Of a stretch of DNA of 64,000 bases, positions 10,339-19,123 are shown piece after piece (position 1 is the stretch's first letter; each line of letters opens with the position of its first letter). Made by a program: the position numbers and the translations under genes. The notes under the pieces were generated by a model, which worked only from the letters and a program-made list of their open reading frames with translations, was not told the origin of the DNA and made no database searches. The stretch spans positions 107,172 to 171,171 of IMG/VR virus record IMGVR_UViG_650627007_000001; one strand, written 5' to 3'. Source of the stretch: Chrysonvirus as5. Taxonomy: Duplodnaviria > Heunggongvirae > Uroviricota > Caudoviricetes > Straboviridae.

Positions 10339-11013
10339 TCACTGTCTGTTAATGGCAATTACATCGGCGAAATTATAATTTGTGTTAGTTGCAGGAACGA
10401 CACCACGCCATACTGGTTGATATCTACCAGCATTAATAACTGGTCTGAATGTAGCTGTGTTTCCTGAACCCCACGCAAACGGAGTACCAGCGACAATAGC
10501 GGCATTCGCTTGTGCAATGATACCAGCATAGCTTACGATTGCATTTGCATCATACGACAGTGCGGTACTATAGCTGGGCGCCTGCTTGAATCCAGTGAGC
10601 TTGGTGAAGTAATTCAGTTCGGAGATTGCTTTACCTGTGTTCGCGATAGATGCGCGATATAGGTCAGTTCTGTAATAGAACAAGTCTCCTTTTGCGATCA
10701 CTTTATCCAAGAACGGGTTATATTCGTCCCAATCTGGTATGTTAGGCACCTGTGTTGCAGTTGTCAATTCGTGCCAATGTGTTGCCAATACTCCAATAAC
10801 GAATGGAGTATTCGCTGGCATGTCTCCATTCGCACGATACAGCTTACTGTCGCGATAGCACAAATCGTCTTTGCGCCAAGAACGTGCCTGTTCCCAATCA
10901 GGCACGTTGGCAGTCAATGCTGCTTCTGGAATTTTCCCATTACTATCAGCAACAATGATATTTGTTGCTGATGCGTCTACCCAGCTTCCGTCGTTCCATA
11001 CTTTTTGGAACAT
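10339..11013 (-). CDS. fiber/adhesin-like protein, segment A (224 aa, ATG start)
   Basis: ATG start; reiterated ..LYRA.. motifs (CYRDSKLYRANG, FYYRTDLYRAS). Confidence 0.5.
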   Translation of the reverse strand: MFQKVWNDGSWVDASATNIIVADSNGKIPEAALTANVPDWEQARSWRKDDLCYRDSKLYRANGDMPANTPFVIGVLATHWHELTTATQVPNIPDWDEYNPFLDKVIAKGDLFYYRTDLYRASIANTGKAISELNYFTKLTGFKQAPSYSTALSYDANAIVSYAGIIAQANAAIVAGTPFAWGSGNTATFRPVINAGRYQPVWRGVVPATNTNYNFADVIAINRQ

Positions 11014-11098
11014 TCGTTTTGGATGGTTGCGTTACTAACGCAAGTCTTTCTGCCATTATAAAATCATCTTATTATAATTCTGTTTATATTTAGAAAAC

Positions 11099-11120
11099 AA
11101 AAAGGGAGCCGATGGCTCCC
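11099..11120 (-). terminator. rho-independent terminator (minus strand)
   Basis: gggagcc-gat-ggctccc hairpin, then TTTTTGTTTTC on the minus strand. Confidence 0.6.
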
Positions 11121-11125
11121 TTTAT

Positions 11126-11515
11126 TTAGACAGAACACACTGGAATCAGAGCGCCTTTGGATTCTTCACCAGACGTCGCTGGCTCGATTTTGTTTACTTG
11201 CTTATACGCTTCCACGACTAGCTCGTCGTAACGTTGTTTGGAGCTCATCCACAAGCTCTCCAGAACGTCTTTGTCCAGCACACTTTGCATAGTGATTTTG
11301 CGCAGCTTGGAGATAGCGTAGATGTAACCATCTTTGTTACATACATGCAGACATTCTTCCGCGTGTTGTTTGAGGCGATCAATCTCTCTGGCATTCTTAG
11401 CAAGATGTTTTTTAGCGCGTTTCTCTGCTAGTTCGCGGAGAACTTTTTCCTGGCGCTCTTTGATTTCAGTTTCAATTTCATCATGCACTTCGGCACTAAT
11501 AGGTTGTTCAGTCAT
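11126..11515 (-). CDS. hypothetical protein (coiled-coil/charged)
   Basis: ORF; listed TTG start trimmed to ATG MTEQPIS. Confidence 0.45.
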   Translation of the reverse strand: MTEQPISAEVHDEIETEIKERQEKVLRELAEKRAKKHLAKNAREIDRLKQHAEECLHVCNKDGYIYAISKLRKITMQSVLDKDVLESLWMSSKQRYDELVVEAYKQVNKIEPATSGEESKGALIPVCSV

Positions 11516-11768
11516 TTTGTTTCCATGTAAAGTTGTAATAAGAGTCGGCCACAATGCCAGTTCTAATAATTTCTTGCTTTAATTTGCCATGCTTTACGCT
11601 TATGACGTCAGATCGAATAGAAAGAGGATCAATAATCACCGGGATTCCAGATTCGAGTAGTTTTATTTTGAGCATATAGCTAATTAGATCGGCTTCGAAA
11701 TTACATTCGGCATAATTTTCGGCAACGTTAATTTGTACGTTGATATTATTCTGTATCATCTTCGTCAT
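11508..11768 (-). CDS. hypothetical protein
   Basis: ORF between gene 55 and downstream gene. Confidence 0.35.
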   Translation of the reverse strand: MTKMIQNNINVQINVAENYAECNFEADLISYMLKIKLLESGIPVIIDPLSIRSDVISVKHGKLKQEIIRTGIVADSYYNFTWKQND

Positions 11769-12270
11769 CCTCAAGGAATGACAGTCCGACTGGTTGCTTT
11801 GGCTTTTTGGCTTTAGTCTTTTTCAAATTAGCCTCAAAGTCATTCGCTTTCGTCATCATGTCATTGTAGAATGCGAGATCGACAAGTTTTGCCATATCTT
11901 CGTCTTCCGCGTCATGAACGTGTTCCAAAAAGTATTTGTACTTTGCTGCTTCTTCTTTCTTGGAGTGTCTAATGCGGGCAATGAATGCGCGGGCGCAGAT
12001 CATCGTGATATAAGCATGAGGATTTGTGTAGCGGTCGGTGTCAAAGTTCTTGCAATATTTCAAGCAAGTTTCAACTGCATCGCCAACCATGAGTTCTTTC
12101 CAGGTGTCTGTGTAGCGACTAAATCGCCAGTAATTGGTGAACCCGTTCGCGATTTTCATTATTGCGGACCCAATACTATTGGGCATTGGATGATTTGGAT
12201 TTTCTTTTAAGTGATCTTTCCAAGATTTGAATTCTTGATAAAGCCACTCGTTATCGACATAATTTGCCAT
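11746..12270 (-). CDS. 55: late-transcription sigma factor gp55
   Basis: 174 aa; GDAVETCLKYCKNFD..NPHAYITMICARAF aligns with T4 gp55 (NPHAYITQACFNAF). Confidence 0.85.
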   Translation of the reverse strand: MANYVDNEWLYQEFKSWKDHLKENPNHPMPNSIGSAIMKIANGFTNYWRFSRYTDTWKELMVGDAVETCLKYCKNFDTDRYTNPHAYITMICARAFIARIRHSKKEEAAKYKYFLEHVHDAEDEDMAKLVDLAFYNDMMTKANDFEANLKKTKAKKPKQPVGLSFLEDDEDDTE

Positions 12271-12325
12271 AGAGTAATACTTCCCTTGTTTGTTGACAAG
12301 AGAAGTATACTATGATTTATATGAT

Positions 12326-13768
12326 CTATAAACTTCTTGACTTATTAATCCACTCGGAAACAAGCTTAACGTGTTCCGGTTGAATCGCATCTAGTTTATA
12401 ATCCAGCGTTCTGCACCAGCGATAGAATTTACCTTGTTCCGCTTTGGTAAAATCAAAGAGATTGGCAAACGTCACTCGCTTTTTTCTTGGTGCGGTTTCT
12501 TGTTTTCTCTCTTTACGAGCCGGACCAGATACCATATGAGAAGTGTCAATTTTAGACTCCAATAAGTATCTCGACTTGAGATATTCAGCGGCGCGAAGAT
12601 CTGGCACCAATAGACTGACTTTCCACGTCGAATGCTGATTTCGAATATCAGTTCGCAAGCATAGCTGGAACACGGGTTCAAGATATTTCGACACAAGAAA
12701 CGCATCGATCAACTTGTTTGCGTCCATTTTATGACATTCGGACAGACATTTCAACAACTCTATTTGCCACGGCATTGGGTTATAGCTGAATAGCGCGACC
12801 GCAGTCGTATGGCTCATATAGTTGTTTAGACCATGTGGATTATATGCCACTCGGTGTCCAACTTTCAACGCAGCTCGGTAGCTGTTTGTCGTGTAGATAA
12901 AGGGAGTCATTCCAACTAGATCATAGACTGTATCTTTGACTTTGTTGTAAACACTTTCTCCGTCAACGTCTTTATCAGCAGAATAACGCGACCAGATCCC
13001 GTTGTAAAGTGGAATAATCTCGACTCGACTTGAATTTGGATACTGAATGAAATCCAGCTTCTTCATCAGTGGGCTAGTCTTGAAACTCCAACCGCAAAAC
13101 TCTTTGAGAATTACGCCAGTAAACGTCTCTCGGAAGTTCGCACATGCTATGGTAATTCGATCAAAAACATGCCACTTTTGTGTTGTGCTGTCGTCGATGA
13201 AATATACCACATTGTCTTTTAGAATAACAGGAATGCCTTGCAAAAGCGATCTCGCTAGTGAGAAAACAGAAGATGAAACAACGTCATGACCATATAGACC
13301 ATCTGTTGCAATCTTGTTTAAGTTTTCTCTACACTCTTCCTTGAGTGACATCTTTCCTTCATCAATATTACAGAACTTGCCGATGAAGTCAAGGTTATCC
13401 GTAAATTTTAGCTGATTGAGTTGTACCAAATCTGGTACTTCATCAATATACAGCTCATAGCCTTTCATGTCATCATAATCAGGATACGCAAGCAATGCGG
13501 CATGAGTTATGAACAGAACACGGTTTTTACCAATCGATTCGCTGATAACATCGCTAACGCTTTTACTTCGGCTAACATGATCTGAATCAATGATAATGCT
13601 ATCATTTTCGCCTGTTATGTTGTTGTAAAAGTCATAACTTTGTTGTGACAACTGACAACTGATTGACGCAATGATACAAGGCTTTTTGTTCTTTCTAACG
13701 TGAGTCAAGATCGCTTTCGTTTTACCGGCAGCAGGTACAGCTTGTAAGATCTCGACGTTAGATGCCAT
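12326..13768 (-). CDS. P-loop NTPase, possibly divergent SF1 (Dda-like) helicase
   Basis: Walker A AVPAAGKTKAI near N-term, candidate Walker B LYIDEVPD; start trimmed to MASNVEIL. Confidence 0.45.
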   Translation of the reverse strand: MASNVEILQAVPAAGKTKAILTHVRKNKKPCIIASISCQLSQQSYDFYNNITGENDSIIIDSDHVSRSKSVSDVISESIGKNRVLFITHAALLAYPDYDDMKGYELYIDEVPDLVQLNQLKFTDNLDFIGKFCNIDEGKMSLKEECRENLNKIATDGLYGHDVVSSSVFSLARSLLQGIPVILKDNVVYFIDDSTTQKWHVFDRITIACANFRETFTGVILKEFCGWSFKTSPLMKKLDFIQYPNSSRVEIIPLYNGIWSRYSADKDVDGESVYNKVKDTVYDLVGMTPFIYTTNSYRAALKVGHRVAYNPHGLNNYMSHTTAVALFSYNPMPWQIELLKCLSECHKMDANKLIDAFLVSKYLEPVFQLCLRTDIRNQHSTWKVSLLVPDLRAAEYLKSRYLLESKIDTSHMVSGPARKERKQETAPRKKRVTFANLFDFTKAEQGKFYRWCRTLDYKLDAIQPEHVKLVSEWINKSRSL

Positions 13769-14006
13769 TATCCACACCAAATGCGATTGCACCGTATTCT
13801 TTCAGAATGAAAGCTACCAGATGTTCGCGCAGTGCAAATTTAAACCACTTTTGATCTTCGAACTGAGCAACAACGGCAGAATGCATCCACTCGACTTGTT
13901 CATCCAACCATTTTGGATCGCAAGCAAGACCGGTCTTCTTCCGAGTCTCAACTGCTTCAACGATTCGTGAATTGCAGATGTTGCCAAAAATTACAGCAGT
14001 ATTCAT
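13758..14006 (-). CDS. hypothetical protein
   Basis: ORF 82 aa. Confidence 0.4.
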   Translation of the reverse strand: MNTAVIFGNICNSRIVEAVETRKKTGLACDPKWLDEQVEWMHSAVVAQFEDQKWFKFALREHLVAFILKEYGAIAFGVDNGI

Positions 14007-14083
14007 TTTTTAATCACCTCTTGTCTTGGTATAAGCATATTCTTGCATAACCAAAATGTTTAGTCAACAAAAAAGGTTCTGAC

Positions 14084-14590
14084 TTACGCCAGAACCTTGT
14101 TCCAATACTTATAGTTCATCTTTCTAGCTGTCTTGTAGCACTCAGCTGGATGCAACGGATGCTTATGCAAACGTTTAGCTGACTTTACCACTCTAGCGTA
14201 GCCGTCTGAATGAATGTAGATCAGCCCTGCCCACTCAGGAACTTCATCTGGCTTGATAAGTTGATCGGGCACTGCATACCAGAAATAATTGGACATATGT
14301 CCCATTTCTAGGGCTTCTCGTTTTGTAAATCTAACAAACTTGTGAGTACGATAATTTATCGGCTTGTCAAGTTTGATTGATACTCTAACACTCTTTTTCG
14401 CGTCAACTTTAAAATCGGCACGACTCACTTTGATTTCGATTTCATCGCAGAGTCCACTGGGTCTGAGACCGAATAAATCTGCCTCATTATCATACATTGT
14501 GTAGCAGTTAGGCACAAGTATATCGTACCGCTTTTGAAACTCTGGAGTCTTCGCTATTGCTCGCTGAACATCAGCTTCCGTCATTTTCAT
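14084..14590 (-). CDS. PD-(D/E)XK nuclease-like protein (MmcB-like)
   Basis: GLCDEIEIK motif (D..ExK) in a 168-aa protein. Confidence 0.45.
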   Translation of the reverse strand: MKMTEADVQRAIAKTPEFQKRYDILVPNCYTMYDNEADLFGLRPSGLCDEIEIKVSRADFKVDAKKSVRVSIKLDKPINYRTHKFVRFTKREALEMGHMSNYFWYAVPDQLIKPDEVPEWAGLIYIHSDGYARVVKSAKRLHKHPLHPAECYKTARKMNYKYWNKVLA

Positions 14591-14874
14591 AATTCACCGG
14601 CCTCATATTTTTCTTTGAATGTCTGGTATCCACCTATCCACTTATCGTCAACGAAGATCTGTGGATATTGGCGAGGCCTAGTGTCTTTATTCGCTCTAGT
14701 CTTGCATTCGTCGATGCGCTCAATGTCATAACGAAAGCCCATCGGACTTTCGTCTTTAATTAGCACAGGGATAAACTCATAATCAAATGAATATGACTTG
14801 CAGAAATCAACGGCAGCAATACAACCGGGACACTTGAACAACTCTTCCGGTATGCCGTAGATTTCTATTTTCAT
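14587..14874 (-). CDS. glutaredoxin/NrdH-like redoxin
   Basis: MKIEIYG..CPGC active site near N-terminus. Confidence 0.7.
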   Translation of the reverse strand: MKIEIYGIPEELFKCPGCIAAVDFCKSYSFDYEFIPVLIKDESPMGFRYDIERIDECKTRANKDTRPRQYPQIFVDDKWIGGYQTFKEKYEAGEL

Positions 14875-15143
14875 GCGTTTTCGTTAACCCAAGCCTTGAG
14901 TTCTTCGAATCCACCAATATATTGACCGTCAATGAATGCTTGTGGCATAGAAGTGACAACGACGCCGTGTTCCTTAGCGCGACGGGTCAGATCTGCTTTA
15001 TTTACTTTGTGTTCTTCTGTCTTGCTGATTTTAGCGATAGGCAGAAAAACATAATCTACCATACGGGTATCAAGCAGACGCTTGGCATTCAGGCATGGTT
15101 TGCATTCGAGTTCATTTGGATCAAATCCGTACAGCTCAATCAT
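14871..15143 (-). CDS. glutaredoxin/NrdH-like redoxin (second copy)
   Basis: MIELYG..CKPC active site. Confidence 0.7.
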   Translation of the reverse strand: MIELYGFDPNELECKPCLNAKRLLDTRMVDYVFLPIAKISKTEEHKVNKADLTRRAKEHGVVVTSMPQAFIDGQYIGGFEELKAWVNENA

Positions 15144-15152
15144 TTTTATTCC

Positions 15153-15530
15153 TTACATCGTTTGTGTGAATGTCCTGGAAACGATATCCAGTTGTTGTTC
15201 TCTTGTCAGAGAATTAAATCTAACAGCATAGCCTGAAATGCGAACAACGATATTCGGATATAGTTCCGGTTGTTCCATCGCAAGCAATAGCTGATCTCGG
15301 CTCAATACATTAACATTGAGGTGGAATCCGCTATTTTGCATGACTTCGATTTCAACATCACGGAATGCGTTATTCGCGATCTCCGTTTTAATTGATTCGT
15401 ATTTCACGCTTCCATTTTTAAATACTTCATCTTCCCCATAACCAGGAGCACAAATAACCCTAACGGCTTCTTCGGTCATAAGAAAAATACCGCCTTTCAG
15501 ACGGCCACTTAATACTTGTATTGCGTTCAT
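15153..15530 (-). CDS. grcA: autonomous glycyl radical cofactor (GrcA/YfiD-like; T4 Y06I-like)
   Basis: GYGEDEV..HLNVNVL..RISGYAVRFNSLTREQQ matches E. coli GrcA RVSGYAVRFNSLTPEQQ. Confidence 0.8.
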   Translation of the reverse strand: MNAIQVLSGRLKGGIFLMTEEAVRVICAPGYGEDEVFKNGSVKYESIKTEIANNAFRDVEIEVMQNSGFHLNVNVLSRDQLLLAMEQPELYPNIVVRISGYAVRFNSLTREQQLDIVSRTFTQTM

Positions 15531-16006
15531 AGTTTCTCGATATAAATGATTCGTTGATTGGCAGAGCCTCTGAATTTAAGATCAACATCTTTCAATTCTT
15601 CCACGAATTTACCATCAACGAGTACGTCAATCAGTGAGGTAACTATAACATGTTTTCTCGATTCAAGTAAACATTCCTCGCGAGTATATCCAGTCCATAG
15701 CCAGACAGTTTTATCTGGAAACTCAGCACGAAACCATTCTAGAAATGAAATCAGAGCGTCTAGATTGCGCTCATAGAACGGATCACCACCAAGCAGTGAG
15801 ATACCATCACGTTTGATTCTACTATCGCGCATATCGCGTTCCACGAGTTTTCGCAGTTGAATTTCTTCTTCTGTCTTACCTTCCCACTTCCATGTGTGCT
15901 TGCTGAAACATCCTTTACATTGGTGACTGCATCCAGCAAGCCAAATGCTAGAACGAACACCGGTTCCGTTTAATACGTCTAGTGACTTGTAATCCATTAT
16001 TTTCAT
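15527..16006 (-). CDS. nrdG: anaerobic ribonucleotide reductase activating protein NrdG
   Basis: radical-SAM CSHQCKGC (CxxxCxxC); start trimmed to MKIMDYK with GGAG RBS. Confidence 0.85.
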   Translation of the reverse strand: MKIMDYKSLDVLNGTGVRSSIWLAGCSHQCKGCFSKHTWKWEGKTEEEIQLRKLVERDMRDSRIKRDGISLLGGDPFYERNLDALISFLEWFRAEFPDKTVWLWTGYTREECLLESRKHVIVTSLIDVLVDGKFVEELKDVDLKFRGSANQRIIYIEKL

Positions 16007-16020
16007 ATTAGCTCCAAAGT

Positions 16021-16039
16021 TAAAAGGGCCCGAAGGCCC
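16021..16039 (-). terminator. hairpin between nrdD and nrdG (partial terminator/attenuator)
   Basis: gggcc-cgaa-ggccc then TTTTAACTTT on the minus strand. Confidence 0.4.
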
Positions 16040-16043
16040 TTTA

Positions 16044-18155
16044 TTACATATGTTTGACACGACGCTGGACTTCGTCCTGTTTGCCGACGTTAAATGCGCG
16101 AGATCCAGGGTTACCCAAATACCCACAGACGCGACGAATAACGTTCATCTTACGGTCATCGTGATTGCCACACTTCGGACATTCGTATCCTTTAGAAGTA
16201 GCGGTAAACTCACCGTTAAATCCACATTCAAAACAAACATCAACTGGAGTGTTTGTTCCATAGTACGGAGTGTTCCGATAAGCATAATCCCAAACTGCTT
16301 CGAGTGCTTCCAGATTGTGTTTCATATTCGGATATTCACCGTATGAAATGAAACCACCGGTACTAAGCGGAATGAATTGCTTTTCAAAATCGATCTTGTC
16401 ATACGGATTTGTGTTCATATCCACAGACAGATGGAAGCTGTTTGTGTAATAGTCTTTATCAAACACCTTGTGCTCATACAGAGCGTGATCGATCTTAGCG
16501 AAACGATAACACAGACTTTCAGATGGAGTGCCATACAGACTAAACGCCAGTCCAGTTTCTGCTTTCCACGCATTAGCCATTTCTTTCATGCGAGACAATA
16601 CGTCCAGCAAGAATGCTTGTTTCTCGGCGTTTTCCATAACGTGCGATTCATCGTTGAACTTGATGATCTCAGATACTTCATGCAATCCAATATAGCCAAT
16701 GCTAACAGATGCGCGACCATTTTCAAATGCTTTCATGATGTCATCATTTGGTTTCAGACGAACACCACAAGCACCTTCAACATAAAGAATCGGAGCAACG
16801 CTTGCCTTGACACCACGCAGACGATCAACGCGAGTCAACAAAGCTTTCTTAACGATTTCCATACGCTCTTCCAGAATTTCAAAGAAGCGCATTTGATTGC
16901 CGTTTGCGTCGAGTGCGATACGCGGCAAGTTCAGAGTAACAACACCGAGATTGTTTCTGCCTTCATGAACTTCATTACCGGTTTCGTCTTCCCAGCGATG
17001 CAAGAAACTACGGCATCCCATAGGGAACTTAAAGCTACCAGTCACTTCTACCACTTTATCATAACTCAAGATGTCTGGATACATACGCTTGGCAGCGCAC
17101 TCCAGTGCCATCTGTTTGATACGATACAGAGGATCAGTTGGTTTCAAGTTGTGTCCGTCTTTCAGCGCGAAAACAAGTTTCGGGAAAACGGGAGTAATAC
17201 CTTCTTTGCCAAGACCTTTCATCCGAACTTTCAGAATTGCTTCCTGAATGAGTTCGGATTCCCAGCTAGTGCCTAGTCCAAACCCGAAAGTGCAGAATGG
17301 AGTTTGACCATTTGCCGAGTGCAGAGTGTTTACCTCATACTCTAGGCTTTGCATTGCATCATACACGGCTTTGCGAGTCTTTTCAATAGCGTATTGCCTT
17401 TGATCTGGAATTTTCCAATAACGCGCTTCATCCAAATGCTTTTCATGTGTCATCTTAACATAAGGTGCCAATGCTTCGTCAATGCGATTAATTGTGTTGC
17501 CACCATAAATGTGACTTGCAACCTGTGCAATGATTTGAGCAGTAACAGCCGCAGCGGTAGCGATGCTCTTAGGAGTTTCGATCTGTGCATTACCCATGCG
17601 GAACCCACGCTCTAACATGCCGTTGAGATCAATCAACATGCAGTTAAACATTGGGAAGAACGGAGAGTAATCAAGATCATGGAAGTGAATAAAACCAGCT
17701 TCGTGTGCTTGCAGAACTTCGGTCGGCAGATAGTGCTTTGCAAAGTGCTTGCTTACTATGCCCGCGACTAAATCGCGTTGTGTCGGAATAACTTTTGCAT
17801 CTTTGTTTGCATTCTCATTCATGATCCCTTCGTCTTCTTGCTTCATCAGTCCGACGATTCGCTTGGTCATATCGCTGTTCATATCGCGAGCAACGTCACG
17901 ATCATAGCGGTATTCGATGTAGGCGCGAGCCACAGCAGGGTAACGGGAGCGCATTAGGGTATCTTCAACAACGCGCTGGATCTCTTCAATCGTTACGGTG
18001 TTGCGTCCAATCAGCTTTCGAACTACTGCTTCCGTAGCGTGATGCGGGAATGTTGGATCGGTGATATTGATAGACTTGAGGGAGTTGGAGATTGCTGTTT
18101 CAATAAAAGACTGGTCGAAATTAACGACTCGGCCGTCTCGTTTTTGTACTTGCAT
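16044..18155 (-). CDS. nrdD: anaerobic ribonucleoside-triphosphate reductase NrdD
   Basis: 703 aa; C-terminal Zn ribbon CFECG..CPKCG and glycyl radical motif RRVCGYLG. Confidence 0.9.
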   Translation of the reverse strand: MQVQKRDGRVVNFDQSFIETAISNSLKSINITDPTFPHHATEAVVRKLIGRNTVTIEEIQRVVEDTLMRSRYPAVARAYIEYRYDRDVARDMNSDMTKRIVGLMKQEDEGIMNENANKDAKVIPTQRDLVAGIVSKHFAKHYLPTEVLQAHEAGFIHFHDLDYSPFFPMFNCMLIDLNGMLERGFRMGNAQIETPKSIATAAAVTAQIIAQVASHIYGGNTINRIDEALAPYVKMTHEKHLDEARYWKIPDQRQYAIEKTRKAVYDAMQSLEYEVNTLHSANGQTPFCTFGFGLGTSWESELIQEAILKVRMKGLGKEGITPVFPKLVFALKDGHNLKPTDPLYRIKQMALECAAKRMYPDILSYDKVVEVTGSFKFPMGCRSFLHRWEDETGNEVHEGRNNLGVVTLNLPRIALDANGNQMRFFEILEERMEIVKKALLTRVDRLRGVKASVAPILYVEGACGVRLKPNDDIMKAFENGRASVSIGYIGLHEVSEIIKFNDESHVMENAEKQAFLLDVLSRMKEMANAWKAETGLAFSLYGTPSESLCYRFAKIDHALYEHKVFDKDYYTNSFHLSVDMNTNPYDKIDFEKQFIPLSTGGFISYGEYPNMKHNLEALEAVWDYAYRNTPYYGTNTPVDVCFECGFNGEFTATSKGYECPKCGNHDDRKMNVIRRVCGYLGNPGSRAFNVGKQDEVQRRVKHM

Positions 18156-18181
18156 TTGTGTTTCCGTTGTGAGTGTGAAGG

Positions 18182-18208
18182 AAAAGAAAAACGAGTCTTT
18201 CGACTCGT
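18182..18208 (-). terminator. rho-independent terminator (minus strand)
   Basis: acgagtc-tttc-gactcgt hairpin, then TTTTTCTTTTC on the minus strand. Confidence 0.6.
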
Positions 18209-18242
18209 TTGTATTGTACTGCTATTTAGAGTGTAGATAAAC

Positions 18243-18635
18243 TTAGCCGAACAAAGAAAGTAGCTTGGTATCTTCTGCTTTCAGATTATCCACGATTGCT
18301 TTCAGTTCAGCATAACGAATCGAGCAACGACCACTATTCACGTTGATGCCTGCCTCTTTCAGAGCGGACAACGGGATAGATTTCAAGTTGTCGAAATAGA
18401 TGTCGTTGGTGTTGACTTCTTTGCCGGTTGCAGTGCCAGAACGAATGCTGGTGATCTCTGCAAAATACGCTTTGTTCCCTTTGTCAACGATGGCGATGTA
18501 CTTCATCTTGTTGACACGTTCCTCCGCACCGATGAAGCCTTTAGCACGTTTCAGAGCAATCATTCGCTCAAAAGTCAGGCAGCCAGCAGCGTCATCTTGG
18601 TCACGGCTCGGGATTACTACGATGGTATCTTGCAT
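18243..18635 (-). CDS. hypothetical protein (130 aa)
   Basis: ORF trimmed to ATG after GAGGAA RBS; the listed N-terminal extension is promoter/leader sequence. Confidence 0.5.
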   Translation of the reverse strand: MQDTIVVIPSRDQDDAAGCLTFERMIALKRAKGFIGAEERVNKMKYIAIVDKGNKAYFAEITSIRSGTATGKEVNTNDIYFDNLKSIPLSALKEAGINVNSGRCSIRYAELKAIVDNLKAEDTKLLSLFG

Positions 18636-18658
18636 GATTTCTTCCTCAGTTTTGTTTC

Positions 18659-18695
18659 GATGTAGACATATTAACAGGACAGAATCGTGAGTCAA
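18659..18695 (-). promoter_or_regulatory. PeSL-like early promoter cassette
   Basis: minus strand TTGACT-16nt-TAATAT, conserved leader gtctacatcgaaacaaaactgaggaa. Confidence 0.5.
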
Positions 18696-18701
18696 CAACT
18701 T

Positions 18702-18974
18702 TTATTTATTTTTCGGGAAACCCAGAACACTAAAGCCAGCCGACTCACACAACTGAATAACAGATTGAACATCCTGATATTCGTTGTTTGTGCAATACGC
18801 TTGGCGATCTTCCAGAACAAGACTCAGATATGGGTCTACCTTGCCTGCATACTTACAATCGCGATCTTTTGCGCGTTTCAACGCATCATCGCAATCCAGC
18901 TTGGTATAAGCCACGCGAGTTGTAATCCAGACGTTGCGAAAGTTAGGGGCAATGAAAACACATACTTTAGTCAT
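18702..18974 (-). CDS. hypothetical protein (90 aa, Cys-rich)
   Basis: ORF with GAGGAA RBS. Confidence 0.5.
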   Translation of the reverse strand: MTKVCVFIAPNFRNVWITTRVAYTKLDCDDALKRAKDRDCKYAGKVDPYLSLVLEDRQAYCTNNEYQDVQSVIQLCESAGFSVLGFPKNK

Positions 18975-19036
18975 GATTTGTTCCTCAGATTTGATGCGAC
19001 CATCATATCACGGTCGCACATTACGTCAACAACCTT

Positions 19037-19120
19037 TTAGAAAATTTTCGGCAGAATCGCAGCGACGATGCCAAGAACAGCAATCACCACGATCAGTTCG
19101 ATAAGAGTAAAACCTTTCAT
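19037..19120 (-). CDS. 27-aa micro-ORF with type IV prepilin-like N-terminus
   Basis: MKGFTLIELIVVIAVLGIVAAILPKIF; ATG preceded by GGAATGAAAA; below ORF-track size cutoff. Confidence 0.3.
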   Translation of the reverse strand: MKGFTLIELIVVIAVLGIVAAILPKIF

Positions 19121-19123
19121 TTT

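Noticed and set aside
18636-18698. Conserved N-terminal peptide ..ICPHRNKTEE(E/H/I)IM.. at the start of many listed ORFs (18698, 19444, 23990, 35869, 62971, 63532 and others)
   Set aside because: It comes from translating the conserved PeSL promoter and leader DNA (gtccacatcgaaacaaaac..gaggaa) from an upstream TTG/GTG. The ORF track counts TTG/GTG as M, and the TTG is the promoter -35 TTGACA itself. The real starts are the ATG after the GAGGAA RBS.
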